64,000 nucleotides of DNA, from the NCBI GenBank assembly GCA_021323375.2, contig JAJPCT020000017.1, positions 1-64,000 on the forward strand, given 5' to 3'. The stretch comes from Candidatus Wolframiiraptor gerlachensis (GTDB lineage Archaea > Thermoproteota > Nitrososphaeria_A > Caldarchaeales > Wolframiiraptoraceae). The notes under the pieces were generated by a model. That model was given only the letters and a program-made list of their open reading frames with translations. It did no database searches and was not told where the DNA came from. Below are positions 47,392 to 58,369 of this stretch, piece after piece. How positions within the stretch are numbered: the first letter of the stretch is position 1; each line of letters opens with the position of its first letter. A program made the position numbers and the translations under genes.

Positions 47392-49049
47392 GTGAGCTCT
47401 GACGAGATAGTTTTCGTTAGGAAAACTTCGGGGCTGGTTAAGGAGATCGGCGCCTTCTCCGTGATGGCTATGGCGGCGAACTACGTCATCGCTGATGGCT
47501 TCTACCTATTTACGGCTAGGCAGGGCTATGATGCTCCGGGAGCGAATATACCGCTAGCGATGCTCATCGGCGGGACGATAATGGTTCTAGCAGCCTTCGC
47601 GGTAGTCCTGCTAACCATGGCCATGCTCAGGACAGCATCAGACTATGTTTGTATCTCGAGGATACTCCACCCGCTACTCGGATACGTGGAGGCATTGCTG
47701 GTCTTCGGCGTCCATATCTGGATCGTCGGCGCGCTATCCTTCTTCATGGCATGGTTCTGGGGCAGTGCCATAATTCAGATAGGCCTCGCGACCCATAATA
47801 GCGGCCTAGTTGCGCTGGGAGAATGGCTCTCCACAGATGTAACGGCATCCGTCGTCATCGGGATCATATACGTGCTAGTATTCGGCGTTATCAGCCTGCT
47901 CGGTGTAAAGGTCTACAAATATGTGGTTAACGCGCTCTTCGTTATAGCGCTGGCAGCCGGGATAGCCACGGTGGCTGGGGCAGTGTATACGGCGACGCTA
48001 TCACCCGCTCAGGTCAAGCATCTATGGGATATGACGTATGGCGCTGGAGCCTATGATGAGATAATGAGAGTTGCAGAGGCGACGGGCTGGAGTGAGCATA
48101 TTGCATCATTCACCGGCAATCCGTCTACATGGGGCTGGCCAGGCCCATGGTCGCTCGGGGTGACGCTCTCGCTCAGCTTGGTGGTCTCGGCATATGCCTT
48201 CTGGGGCCTTGAGTTCGCCAACTATATGGCTGGCGAGATAGATAGGCCGAAGAGGAACTTCCTCCTAGGTGTCATAGGTGCAATCATACTCGTCTTCGCC
48301 TACTATCTCTCAATATCATCCCTTACGCTTCTAGGTCTTAGAGAGTTCTTCTCGGCCTACAATTACGTGATGTATACCGAGGCAGCTTACAGCCAGCTCA
48401 CGATCAATCCTGTCCAGACGCCGACTTGGGCCGTTTTCATAGCATCGCTCTTCGGGGGCTGGACCCCGATACTCGCCGTGATAATGTCCCTCGCCGTTCC
48501 CCTTTGGGTGATGAACGGCATTCCCGTCTATATGATGGTGCCCTCAAGGATCGCCTTTGCGCTCGCATTCGATAGATTCTTCCCCGAGAAGCTCGCAGAG
48601 GTTAATGAGAGGTTCCGGACACCACACTGGTCAATAATCTTGGTGATGGCTGGCGCCATAGCAATGATATTCGTCCTAGCATCGCCCGAATATGGACCGC
48701 TCTTTTACGCGATAACCGCGGTTACAGCAGTAACCGTCAAGTGGTTCCTCTCGGCAATTGCCACAACGATCATGCCATACAGGAGACCTGAGATATTCAA
48801 GGAAGGCTATACTGGGACCATCGGAAGGATCCCGGTCGTATCCATCGTTGGTGGAGCAGCGGTGGTCGCGACATTTGCGCTTCTAGTGCTTGGTTTGCAG
48901 GAAGTTGCCAAGGACCCGACACTGAGTCTCACCGCTCTGGATGATAGGCTGGACTCTATTAGCAGTGGTCCTCTATGCCTACTATAGTTGGGTGAATAAG
49001 AAGAGGGCATAGAAGTCAGGAAGATATTCAGCGGATACCGCCAGCCTAG
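47392..49049 (+). CDS. APC family amino acid/polyamine permease with frameshifted 3' end
   Basis: FVRKTSGLVKE, RIAFALAFDR; last TM and KKRG..IPPA tail recovered only with three single-base frame corrections. Confidence 0.8.
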
Positions 49050-49111
49050 GATTGTGACCCGGCCCAGCTTTTTATCCTCCCATTTTTATCTTTCCCGGGC
49101 TGAAAGGGGCG

Positions 49112-50062
49112 ATGGCATCCTTCAAGATCTTCTTCATGGCGGACATACATAATAGCGAACTCGTGTTCAGGAGATTCCTATCCGTCCCAAAGCACTATGA
49201 CGTGGATATCATGATCCTCTCGGGAGACTTGACCGGGAAGGCGATAATCCCTATAGTGGATCTTGGAGGAGGGCGATATCAATATTCCTTCAGGGGCAAG
49301 TCAAATATCGTTGATGGGCCCGAGGAGCTGGAGAGAGCGAAGAGCGAGCTGATGAACTCCGGGATATACCCCTATGTCTGCACTAGGGATGAGGTTGAGG
49401 AGTTGAAGAATGATCCCGAGAAGGTTGACAAGCTGTTCTCGAAGCTGATAACAGAGAATATCGCGAGATGGGTCTCGATGATAGAGGAGCATATCCCCAA
49501 GGACAAGCAGGTAATAGTCATGCCCGGGAACGATGACATATTCGAGATAGACCCGGTTTTAAAGAGGGGTGGCAGAGACATCTATCCCTTAGGAAAACTC
49601 GTTGAACTACCCTTAGGATATGGCATGATATCCTTCGATTATGTTAATCCAACACCATGGAATACGCCGAGGGAGGCGAGTGAAGGGGAGCTTTGGAAGA
49701 TGCTTGAGAAGCTGGTCGACCTTATTGATAGGGATTGGCGCAAGATCATATGCTGTTTCCACGCGCCGCCATATAATACGACGATAGATGTGGCCCCGAA
49801 GCTTGATAAGAATCTAAGGCCAGTATACTCCCTCGGCGAGATCGAGAAGGTTAATGTTGGGAGCAAGTCTGTGAGGAAGTTCTTCGAGAAATATAAGCCG
49901 TTGATGGGGCTGCATGGGCATATACACGAGTCGCCCGGATATGATAAGGTTGGAGGTACTATCGTGTTTAACCCGGGCTCAGAATACTCCTCGGGGATAC
50001 TTAGAGGATTAATCCTCGAGCTGGACAGTGATGGTTTAAGAAGCTGGCATCGCATAGGATGA
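49112..50062 (+). CDS. Icc-like metallophosphoesterase
   Basis: DIH, GDLT, PGNDD, HAPP, LHGHIHE. Confidence 0.9.
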   Translation: MASFKIFFMADIHNSELVFRRFLSVPKHYDVDIMILSGDLTGKAIIPIVDLGGGRYQYSFRGKSNIVDGPEELERAKSELMNSGIYPYVCTRDEVEELKNDPEKVDKLFSKLITENIARWVSMIEEHIPKDKQVIVMPGNDDIFEIDPVLKRGGRDIYPLGKLVELPLGYGMISFDYVNPTPWNTPREASEGELWKMLEKLVDLIDRDWRKIICCFHAPPYNTTIDVAPKLDKNLRPVYSLGEIEKVNVGSKSVRKFFEKYKPLMGLHGHIHESPGYDKVGGTIVFNPGSEYSSGILRGLILELDSDGLRSWHRIG

Positions 50063-50066
50063 GAAG

Positions 50067-51638
50067 ATGATAGTGGGCCTACATGCTCTGGGCCGTAGCG
50101 CCATAGCATCACATTCACCCCTAGCATCATACATAGCTCTCAAGATTATTGAGGGAGAGGGTAATGCGATTGATGCGGCTGTGGCAGTATCACTCCTGTT
50201 AAGCACGCTGGAGCCTGGGTGGAGCGGCCTAGGAGGTGGCGGCTTCGCGCTGGTATACTCCGAAGATACCGGGCTTAGGGCCCTAGATTATCGTGAAACC
50301 GCGCCGCTCCGGGTTAGGCCAGAGGAGTATAAAAGGGAAGATGATCTATCAATCGGCTATAGGGCTGTAGCGACTCCCGGGACCCTAAAAGGCCTCTGGA
50401 TCCTACATCAGGAGCTCGGCGAGATGAGGTGGAGCAGGATAATTAAGGCTGTCATGGAGTATGTGAGGCGATGCAGAGTCTCCCGTCTATGGAGCACATG
50501 TATGAGGGTCAACTTAGATAGGGCCTTGGATAAGCTCAGGATCTGCCCAGAGAGCTGTGCAACATTCCTCAAAGATGGAGGGGTTTATCCCGAGGGCTCT
50601 GAGATCACCTTCCCGAGGCTGCTGGATACACTGAAGATGATCAGGGATGATGTGGACTATTTCTATGAAGGTGAATTCGCAGATGAAGTTGACAAGGTGT
50701 TCTCCAGCAATAATGGCTTCCTATCATTGGCGGATCTGTCACATTATAGCCCGGTCTGGAGGAGGCCGATTACATGCGAGCTTGATCTCGGTGGCAGGGA
50801 GCTTAGGCTCGCTGCGATGCCACCGCCCGGCTCAGGCGTCCTCGTGGCGGAGGCTCTCAAGATCCTTTCCCGAATGTGCTTTGATGCCAGTAGCTATTAT
50901 CCGGAACTCGCCCGCCTCCTCTTCCACATAATTGACGAGAGATGCTCCCTGATATGCGACCCATCCTTCAATGACGTTGACGTTGGGAAGCTTCTCTCTG
51001 ATGAGCATGTCGAGCGGGCTCTCAGGTTCATAGAGGAGGGCAGGATAACTTATCATCCAGCCAGGGATAGTGGCGGGACATCCCAAGTAAGCATAGCGGA
51101 TGCCGAGAGCAGGACATACGTCTCCCTCACCGAAACTATCGAATGCTTCATGGGCTCTGGGATAACAGTGCATGGAGTGCTCTTGAATGATGAAATGCAT
51201 GACTTCGCTCTTCAGAGCGGTCATCCCAACTCGATATCCCCCGGCAAGAGGCCTGCAAGCAGCATGTCGCCACTAATAATCCTCGACGAAGATGATACAC
51301 CATCAATAATAATCGGGGCCTCTGGAGGCATGAGGATAATATCCTCTATGATACAGGTTCTCTCAAACCACTTGTTAAGGAGCATGGACCCCATCTCCTC
51401 AATACTCGAAGGGAGGATCCATGTTAGGGGAGATAAGGTAATCCTAGAGGACCTAGTAGACGACGTGGCCTCGGACACCTTGTCGTCAGCAGGTCTGAGA
51501 CTGGGGAAGATTAGGGAGGTCTCAATACACCCCGGCACAGACATCTACTTCGGCGCTGTTCAAGCAATATTCAGGAAGGACAACCTCTTCCTAGCAATCT
51601 CCGATCCGAGAAAGCAGCCCGGAGCCGCTGCGAGATAA
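50067..51638 (+). CDS. ggt: gamma-glutamyltransferase
   Basis: GNAIDAAVA, LDYRETAP, GTSQVS, PGKRPASSMSP, SDPRK. Confidence 0.92.
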   Translation: MIVGLHALGRSAIASHSPLASYIALKIIEGEGNAIDAAVAVSLLLSTLEPGWSGLGGGGFALVYSEDTGLRALDYRETAPLRVRPEEYKREDDLSIGYRAVATPGTLKGLWILHQELGEMRWSRIIKAVMEYVRRCRVSRLWSTCMRVNLDRALDKLRICPESCATFLKDGGVYPEGSEITFPRLLDTLKMIRDDVDYFYEGEFADEVDKVFSSNNGFLSLADLSHYSPVWRRPITCELDLGGRELRLAAMPPPGSGVLVAEALKILSRMCFDASSYYPELARLLFHIIDERCSLICDPSFNDVDVGKLLSDEHVERALRFIEEGRITYHPARDSGGTSQVSIADAESRTYVSLTETIECFMGSGITVHGVLLNDEMHDFALQSGHPNSISPGKRPASSMSPLIILDEDDTPSIIIGASGGMRIISSMIQVLSNHLLRSMDPISSILEGRIHVRGDKVILEDLVDDVASDTLSSAGLRLGKIREVSIHPGTDIYFGAVQAIFRKDNLFLAISDPRKQPGAAAR

Positions 51639-51684
51639 AAAATTCATTAAATTCTGGCTTCGGCATAATCAGATGTGATGAGGC

Positions 51685-51782
51685 GCCCCGGTAGCTCAGC
51701 CCGGTTAGAGCGCCCGCTTGGTACCCCCTCGTGAGAGGGGCCTGAGAGCGGGAGGCCGCGGGTTCAAAGCCCGCCCGGGGCT
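51685..51782 (+). tRNA. tRNA-Thr(GGU) with a 23-nt intron at 37/38 (51724-51746)
   Basis: GCCCCGG/CCGGGGC acceptor, CCCGC/GCGGG anticodon stem, GGT at 51720-22, GGTTCAAA T-loop, U discriminator. Confidence 0.93.
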
Positions 51783-51920
51783 TCATCAAAATCCTAGAGA
51801 CCAACCCTAAGTCTGGAGGGATAGATAGAAATTACTTGGACTTGAAGAATTTAGCATTATATTATCTAGTTACTAGATTTAAATGAGGAGAAGGGGAAAT
51901 ATTATAGAGGTGCGGGTGTT

Positions 51921-52352
51921 TTACCAGTATTGAGGCTTTTCACTATGCCTTACTCTATCAGCTGGATCATCTACGAATCTCCATTTCCCTGAGCCCGTGG
52001 CAAGCAGGATTATGCCGAGCTCCTCAGTAAGCTTATCATTCACGAGAACCTCCTCCTCTATTGGTGATATCAGGACATCCACTAACTTGGGGCCTACCTC
52101 TCTATCCTCTGTCACTGCCCAGACTTCGAGAGCATCTCTGACCAAGAAGACCCTTGAAGGGCCGCCAGCCGTTCCAACTTCAATAATACTGGATGTGACG
52201 GGTGGAGGATAGAGGGCAAGAAGCCTTGCCAGCCCAACAGGGATTAGGAGCTGGGGGCTATCAGTCTCGAAGCCGCTATTTATGAGAGCAGAGACCTCAA
52301 TAGCTTCCCCTAAGGCCTTAGGTTTCAGCCTCAGCTTTATTCTTACGGCCAT
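51921..52352 (-). CDS. retropepsin-like (clan AA) protease homolog
   Basis: ALINSGFE, GTAGG, EEVLVND. Confidence 0.7.
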   Translation of the reverse strand: MAVRIKLRLKPKALGEAIEVSALINSGFETDSPQLLIPVGLARLLALYPPPVTSSIIEVGTAGGPSRVFLVRDALEVWAVTEDREVGPKLVDVLISPIEEEVLVNDKLTEELGIILLATGSGKWRFVDDPADRVRHSEKPQYW

Positions 52353-52508
52353 ATTCGCTCACGCACCTCAAATAGTAGATGTGTCCCACCTTTCCACGCC
52401 TAAGCTGATAAATATGCCCTATCCTCGACCTCATGTCCATAATGCTAAATCCGCATAGGGGCTTATAAGCTTGCCCGGCTTCCTACTTTAGCCTTAACGA
52501 TTCTGTGG

Positions 52509-53141
52509 CTAGTATTTTCTTCCGGTGATAATGTATGATGTGGCGTCTGCGATGTAGCATGCATGGTCTGCTAATCTCTCGAGGCATCTTAGTATTAATG
52601 TTATGGAGGGTAGGCATGCTGTATCTATCTTTCCGCCCATCTGTATTAGGTATTTGATGTTTTCTGCATAGAGCTTGTCCACTTGATCATCTCTACTTCT
52701 CACATCATCGGCTTTCTTCAGGTCCTTGTTTAGATATGCTTTTCCAGCATCTTCAACCATCTCAAGGACTATCTGTGAAAGCTCTCTGACGCTTGTGAAG
52801 TTGCATCCTCCCTCCGGGACCATCTTGGCGATTTCCGCTATGTTTGCGGCGTATCTGCCGATCCTAGAGAAGTCGTAGGAGGCTTGTATTGCCGATTTTA
52901 TCTCTCTTAGGTCTGAGGCCACCGGCTGGAACCTTGCTATAAGTTGGACTGCGAGCTCACTCGCCTCATCCATCATGAATAATAATTGATCGGATAGCCT
53001 CCTAACCTCCTCAACATAATCAATTTTTGTCAGGATGGATTCTATGCTCATCCTGAGTGCTTTTTCAGCCAAGTTAATTATGTCGCTCATTAGACCATTT
53101 AGCTTTTCCAAGCCATAGTCTATGGGCCTCTTCAAGCTCAT
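52509..53141 (-). CDS. phoU: phosphate uptake regulator PhoU
   Basis: ARFQPVASDLR, DDQVD, LERLADHA. Confidence 0.92.
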   Translation of the reverse strand: MSLKRPIDYGLEKLNGLMSDIINLAEKALRMSIESILTKIDYVEEVRRLSDQLLFMMDEASELAVQLIARFQPVASDLREIKSAIQASYDFSRIGRYAANIAEIAKMVPEGGCNFTSVRELSQIVLEMVEDAGKAYLNKDLKKADDVRSRDDQVDKLYAENIKYLIQMGGKIDTACLPSITLILRCLERLADHACYIADATSYIITGRKY

Positions 53142-53159
53142 CTCAATCAGCCCCCAAAC

Positions 53160-53921
53160 CTATCCCATCCTCCCTAAGACATATTTCTCTGTTAACACGT
53201 GTGTGGGCCTCGTGAATATTGTCGAGGTCTCCCCAATCTCGATCAACTCCCCCATGTATATGAATGCCACGTAATCGCTTACCCTCGCGGCCTGCTGGGG
53301 ATTATGCGTGACGATTATTATCGTGTAATCCTCCTTCAGCTCGAGCAATAGCTCTTCGATCTTTGATGCTGCTACTGGGTCTAGGTTGGCCGTGGGCTCA
53401 TCCATGAGGATTATCCTCGGCTTTAATGCTAGTGCGCGCGCAATGCATAGCCTCTGCTGCTGCCCTCCACTAAGCATCGAGGCCGGCTTCTTCAAGTCAT
53501 TCTTCACCTCATCCCATAGATACGCCTTCTGTAGGGCCTCTTTAACGAGCTCATCCAGCTCTGATTTGCTCCTCACTAGGCCGTTGAGCTTCGGGCCGAG
53601 AGCTACGTTCTCGTATATTGAGAGGTGTGGGAAGGGGTTTGGTATCTGGAAGACCATTCCGAATTGCCTGCGAACCCATGTAACATCAACGTTATCGCCG
53701 TAGATGTTTATGCCGTTTATCTTAACCTGACCCTCCACTCTAGCATGGGGGTTTAGGTCGAGCAGCCTATTCATCGCTCTTAGTAGCGTGCTTTTGCCGC
53801 ATCCGGATGGACCCATTATCGCTAATACCACGTTTTTGGGCACCCTGAAGCTAACATTCCTAATTACATGTTTGTCGCCATACCATACATTTAGGTTATG
53901 AACTTCTACAGCCCAACTCAT
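53160..53921 (-). CDS. pstB: phosphate ABC transporter ATPase
   Basis: [35 protein letters not shown]. Confidence 0.96.
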   Translation of the reverse strand: MSWAVEVHNLNVWYGDKHVIRNVSFRVPKNVVLAIMGPSGCGKSTLLRAMNRLLDLNPHARVEGQVKINGINIYGDNVDVTWVRRQFGMVFQIPNPFPHLSIYENVALGPKLNGLVRSKSELDELVKEALQKAYLWDEVKNDLKKPASMLSGGQQQRLCIARALALKPRIILMDEPTANLDPVAASKIEELLLELKEDYTIIIVTHNPQQAARVSDYVAFIYMGELIEIGETSTIFTRPTHVLTEKYVLGRMG

Positions 53922-54757
53922 ATCTTCGCCTCCCTAACCATTAGCCTTGAGATCACAAATATTACAAGTATTATTGTTAACAGGACTGCTGCGGCGCCCC
54001 ATGCTACCTGGTGCCATTTCTCATAGGGGGAGAGGGCGAAGTTGTATATCAGTAGCGGTATGGCGTTTATGGGCTGATCTAATCCTCCAAAGTATGTAAA
54101 TGTTGTTCCAAGTATTGTTAGCAGTAATGGAGCCGTCTCGCCCGCTGCTTTGGCCATTCCAATGAGGAGTGCCGTTAAGACGCCGCGCCTTGCAGCGCTC
54201 AGCAATATCCTCAGATAAGCGATGGGCGCTGAGACGCCTAAACTAAATGCCGCCTCTTTCAGGGTATAGGGGATTGATTTGTAGGCCTCCCTAACATTCA
54301 ATGCGACATATGGTATTATGATTATTGATAGGGCGATTGCCCCTGCTAGGGCATTAAATCTCTTTAATGGTGCGACTAGGATCATGTATGCGAATAATCC
54401 CACGATTATTGTAGGGAACTCGACCATTATCTGGAGGAACATCTGAGTGTATTGGGCGAGCCTTGTATGTGAGAACTCCGAGAGGTACAGGCCGGTGAAA
54501 AAGCCTATGCTCCCTCCTATGAGCAATGTTAATGATATGAGGATGAGTGAGCCGACTAAGGCCGGCCCTATCCCTCCACCCTTGCCGCCTATTGGGGGTG
54601 GGGGTGGGTCAATTAGGAAGTTGGGGGTAATTTGTCTAGCTCCCTCGGAGTATACGTTGATTATTATTGCGAAGATTGGTATTGTCGAGGCTACTGCTAG
54701 GGCTGAGATTACGCCGAGCATGAGCTTATCCATTATCTTCCTCTTGTTGAGCCTCAA
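53918..54757 (-). CDS. pstA: phosphate ABC permease
   Basis: [17 protein letters not shown]. Confidence 0.93.
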   Translation of the reverse strand: MRLNKRKIMDKLMLGVISALAVASTIPIFAIIINVYSEGARQITPNFLIDPPPPPIGGKGGGIGPALVGSLILISLTLLIGGSIGFFTGLYLSEFSHTRLAQYTQMFLQIMVEFPTIIVGLFAYMILVAPLKRFNALAGAIALSIIIIPYVALNVREAYKSIPYTLKEAAFSLGVSAPIAYLRILLSAARRGVLTALLIGMAKAAGETAPLLLTILGTTFTYFGGLDQPINAIPLLIYNFALSPYEKWHQVAWGAAAVLLTIILVIFVISRLMVREAKI

Positions 54758-55659
54758 CTCCTAGCCACCACCCTCCTTATCAAGTATAATCCGGCTAGGT
54801 TGATGATTAGACCAATTGTGAAGAGTATGAGAGCTCCGCCATATAGTGCTGGCACCATGTAGCTGTAGGCCTCAGCGTTCGGGAACTGGTTTGCTATCAG
54901 GCTGGATATCGTGTATCCCATGTCGAATAGGCTTCTGGGTATGGTGAATGTGTTCCCGACGACCATGGCCACGGCTACCGTCTCGCCCATAGCCCTCCCC
55001 AAAGCTAGAAATGCCCCGGCGAGAATTGCTGACCTAATATATCCGAGCAGCGTCCTAATGACCTCCCACCTAGTCATACCCAGGCTATATGCCGCCTCTT
55101 TCAGATGATATGGCACAGCGCTATATGCTTCGCGGATTATACTAGAGGCGAAAGGGGTTATCATGATCGCGAGCAGGACTCCCGCTGTGAAGAGGTTTGT
55201 GGGTATGGGTTTTGTGGAGAATAATGGTATGAATCCAATATACTGGTGTAGGGGGGTCATGATATATTGATTTAGGATTGGGGCGAGGACATATAGTCCC
55301 CATAGCCCATATATGACTGATGGCAGGCTCGCCATCAGATCTGAGACGCTGTTGATGAGCCCTCTAATGTTTTTGGGGGCGATCTCGGCGGAGAATGTTG
55401 CGAGGGATATGGCTAGGGGTATAGCAAAGCTTATTGCTATCGTTGAGGTGATGAGTGTGCCGAGGAGCGCAGGGAGTATGCCGTAATCCTCTTTCACGGG
55501 GTTCCACGTACTCTTAAAGATGAAGGGCAAGCCATCCCTCAAGAATATCGGATATGAGTTGACGACTAGCGAAATGACTATCCCCGCGACGAAGAGTAGC
55601 GAGGTAGATGCGAAGACGATTAAAAAAATAAGAAAGAGTTTTTCAGCGTTCATTACCAC
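54754..55659 (-). CDS. pstC: phosphate ABC permease
   Basis: LPSVIYGLWG, GRAMGETVAV. Confidence 0.93.
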   Translation of the reverse strand: MVMNAEKLFLIFLIVFASTSLLFVAGIVISLVVNSYPIFLRDGLPFIFKSTWNPVKEDYGILPALLGTLITSTIAISFAIPLAISLATFSAEIAPKNIRGLINSVSDLMASLPSVIYGLWGLYVLAPILNQYIMTPLHQYIGFIPLFSTKPIPTNLFTAGVLLAIMITPFASSIIREAYSAVPYHLKEAAYSLGMTRWEVIRTLLGYIRSAILAGAFLALGRAMGETVAVAMVVGNTFTIPRSLFDMGYTISSLIANQFPNAEAYSYMVPALYGGALILFTIGLIINLAGLYLIRRVVARS

Positions 55660-55663
55660 CTCT

Positions 55664-56875
55664 TCACCCAGTCCTCAGCAGTTTTAGACCATTTAATCCT
55701 ATCGCGGCCACCTCAGGAGGTAGGGGTTCATAGCCTTCCACAATGTTCTCAGGCTTCTGGCCTTCGGTCAGCACCCACTCGAAGAACTCCTTAAGTATGG
55801 CGACTTTAACAGGATCGTCATACACCTGTCTCAGGATCACGAATGAGAAGGATGTTATTGGGTAGCTCTCACTTCCAGGCGGATCCACGGTCTCATCCGG
55901 GAATATGGACGACCAGTCCTCATCAGCTCTTGGAAGAACTTTTATCAGGGCCTTGGCTGCTGATGCTACTGCCTCTTTTGTTGGTAGAACGTAGTTCCCA
56001 TCTCTATTCCGTATCAGGGCTATGCTTAGGCCTGCTGAGTGTGCATATGCCGTCTCAACGTATCCTATGGAGTATCGGTTCTGCTGTACAGCGGCTGCTA
56101 CACCCTCATTTCCCTTAGCGCCTACACCATTGCCCAATTTGTCAACCGGCCATTCGACAGTTAGATCTGAGCCGACTTTATTCTTCCAGCTCTCTGAGAC
56201 TTTAGACAGGTATGCTGTAAAGACTCTTGTAGTCCCGCTGCCATCAGAGCGATGCACCGCGATTATTTTCTCATGAGGGAGATTCAGCTCGGGGTTCAAC
56301 GCCTTTATCGCCGGATCATCCCAGTAGACTATCTCACCCATGTAGATCTTAGCTATCACCTCTCCCGTCAGCTTCAATTTGCCGGATTCCACATTCGGTA
56401 TATTGTACACGACTGCTATTGTTCCAATTATTACTGGGAACTGAACTATTCCACCCTTTTCCTTGAACTCGTCGTATATCTCTGGTTTAAGGGGTGGATC
56501 GCTGCCCGCAAAGTCAAGTATTCCCTCCCGGAATTTCGCCTGACCAGCTCCGCTACCAATAGACTGATAGTTTATCTGAATCCTTCCACCTGTAAGCTCG
56601 TAGAATTTCGAGGCCCAAGCCTGCATCTGCGGATTAAGGAATGATGCTCCTGCACCGTTAACCACGCCGGATAACGTTGAAATTGCGCGCGTAGTGGGGC
56701 TGGTGGTCGCATAAGTCGCGGTAATAGTGGGAGTTGTGGTTGCAGCGGCAGCATACGTTACAGTTCTCTCGACAGAAGCCTGCAATGATGGCAGCATGAA
56801 GGCCGCTATCAAAGCCGCTACTATTATTACAGCAATTATGGCTACATACTTGGCATACTTTTTCACTCTTTTCAC
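55664..56875 (-). CDS. pstS: phosphate-binding protein
   Basis: GAGAS, YQSIGSGAG, HRSDGSGTT; N-terminal TM plus Thr-rich linker. Confidence 0.95.
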   Translation of the reverse strand: MKRVKKYAKYVAIIAVIIVAALIAAFMLPSLQASVERTVTYAAAATTTPTITATYATTSPTTRAISTLSGVVNGAGASFLNPQMQAWASKFYELTGGRIQINYQSIGSGAGQAKFREGILDFAGSDPPLKPEIYDEFKEKGGIVQFPVIIGTIAVVYNIPNVESGKLKLTGEVIAKIYMGEIVYWDDPAIKALNPELNLPHEKIIAVHRSDGSGTTRVFTAYLSKVSESWKNKVGSDLTVEWPVDKLGNGVGAKGNEGVAAAVQQNRYSIGYVETAYAHSAGLSIALIRNRDGNYVLPTKEAVASAAKALIKVLPRADEDWSSIFPDETVDPPGSESYPITSFSFVILRQVYDDPVKVAILKEFFEWVLTEGQKPENIVEGYEPLPPEVAAIGLNGLKLLRTG

Positions 56876-56900
56876 CTCGTCTAAAGGGCGTTAAGCCTTC

Positions 56901-56945
56901 AATTTATAAATTACGCAAATAGAATATATTTTCAATATTTTCTAT
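56901..56945 (-). promoter_or_regulatory. pst promoter TATA with an upstream AT-rich palindrome
   Basis: TTTATAAA 56903-10; atagaatatatt-ttc-aatattttctat (11/12 inverted) 56919-45. Confidence 0.55.
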
Positions 56946-57345
56946 ATAGAAGAGTCTTCATATATAAAATGGCCCTAATAAACTCACTTTTCAGCTTCTT
57001 CAGGCTTATGAAGATCGTTAGCAGCCATATGAGTCCAACGATGATACTAGAGGAGTGCACCCTACATTACCAATGCACAAGTAGCTAGTGCATGCATAAG
57101 AGGGGGAGGTTATCCCTATTCCTGAAACACATAGAAGTGCTCGCTGGTGTTACGTAATATCTGTTTAAATGCTGGTTGAAGGGGTGCTTTTTCAGCTTTA
57201 ACGGCCACGAATCCAGCTTCCCTATAATAGCCTCTTCTTGGAACCCCAAATCGCAGTGGTTCCTCAGTTGATTTTTGAAAGTGCGAAAGTTTATCGGAAA
57301 TAGATGATTAGCTCAACATTTTAGAAATGATCAAATTTTCATCAT

Positions 57346-58244
57346 TTGAGTGATACAAAGTTTATATATTATGCGCAGCTTCCTCAATGTGTCGTGAGGT
57401 ATTCAGCTGTTTTTATTATATTGATGCTTGCTGTGGGCTTGGTGGCTGGAGTAAGCATCGGCTCACTGCTATTTGCTAAAGTATTAACAGTATTAACTAG
57501 GAATACTACGGTGTATTCAACAGTCACCTTGACTGAGAAGATTCGTATAGTGGTTCTCGTGATAATAATCCATACAGGCAGAATCTTGAGAAAACATGGG
57601 GTCTCTCAGTATATGTTGAGGCTGGTGGAGTGAGGCTTCTCTTCAACACGGGTCCTGACCCCATGGTTCTCGAGGTGAATGCTAGGAGGCTTGGCATAGA
57701 CCTGTCTAAGATAGACTTTGTCGTAATAAGTCATGCGCATGGGGATCATACAGGCGGCCTGAGGTTATTAGCCTTGATCAAGCCAGGGATGATGGTCTAT
57801 ATTCCACCTGATGGGAGCCTTGTAAATTATGTTAGAAGTTTGGGCCTAAAACCCATTCAGGTAAATGATACCATTGACGTTTCGAGGGGGATATATGTTG
57901 TTAAGCCGCTTTATGGCCCTCCGGTGGAGGAGGCTTTAGCAATCAAGACGGGTAGAGGGCTTGTGATCCTCGTTGGCTGCAGCCATCCCGGAGTTGTAAA
58001 TATTGCTGGGCAGGCTGTGAATGATATCGGTGTAAAGCCCTACATCGTGCTGGGAGGGTTCCATATGGGCGGAGCCCCACCTCAGGAGATCGAGAAAGTC
58101 GCATCCCAGCTTGTTGAGATGGGTGTGGAGAAGATATACCCCTTACACTGCAGTGGCGACAATGTTAGAAGCTATCTCGCAAATCACTATAAGGATAATT
58201 ATGGGAGAGGGGGAGTAGGCTTAGAAATAGTCATTCAAGAGTAG
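57346..58244 (+). pseudogene. MBL-fold hydrolase split by a frameshift at about 57560
   Basis: IVVLV/DNNPY..WGLSVYVE..LLFNTG joins the two ORFs; SHAHGDHTGG, GCSHPG, GGFH, PLHCSG. Confidence 0.75.
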
Positions 58245-58369
58245 AATACGCTAACAAAAATTAAATTTACCTTAGTGACACAATCGCCAAGACCTTCCAT
58301 TATCCCCTTAGAGCCTCTTTGAATAAAGCCTTATATATTGGTGGTGTTGATAATCACTTACGTGAAAAT

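Noticed and set aside
51675-51682. GTGATGA C-box-like motif before the tRNA
   Set aside because: No suitably placed D boxes outside the tRNA
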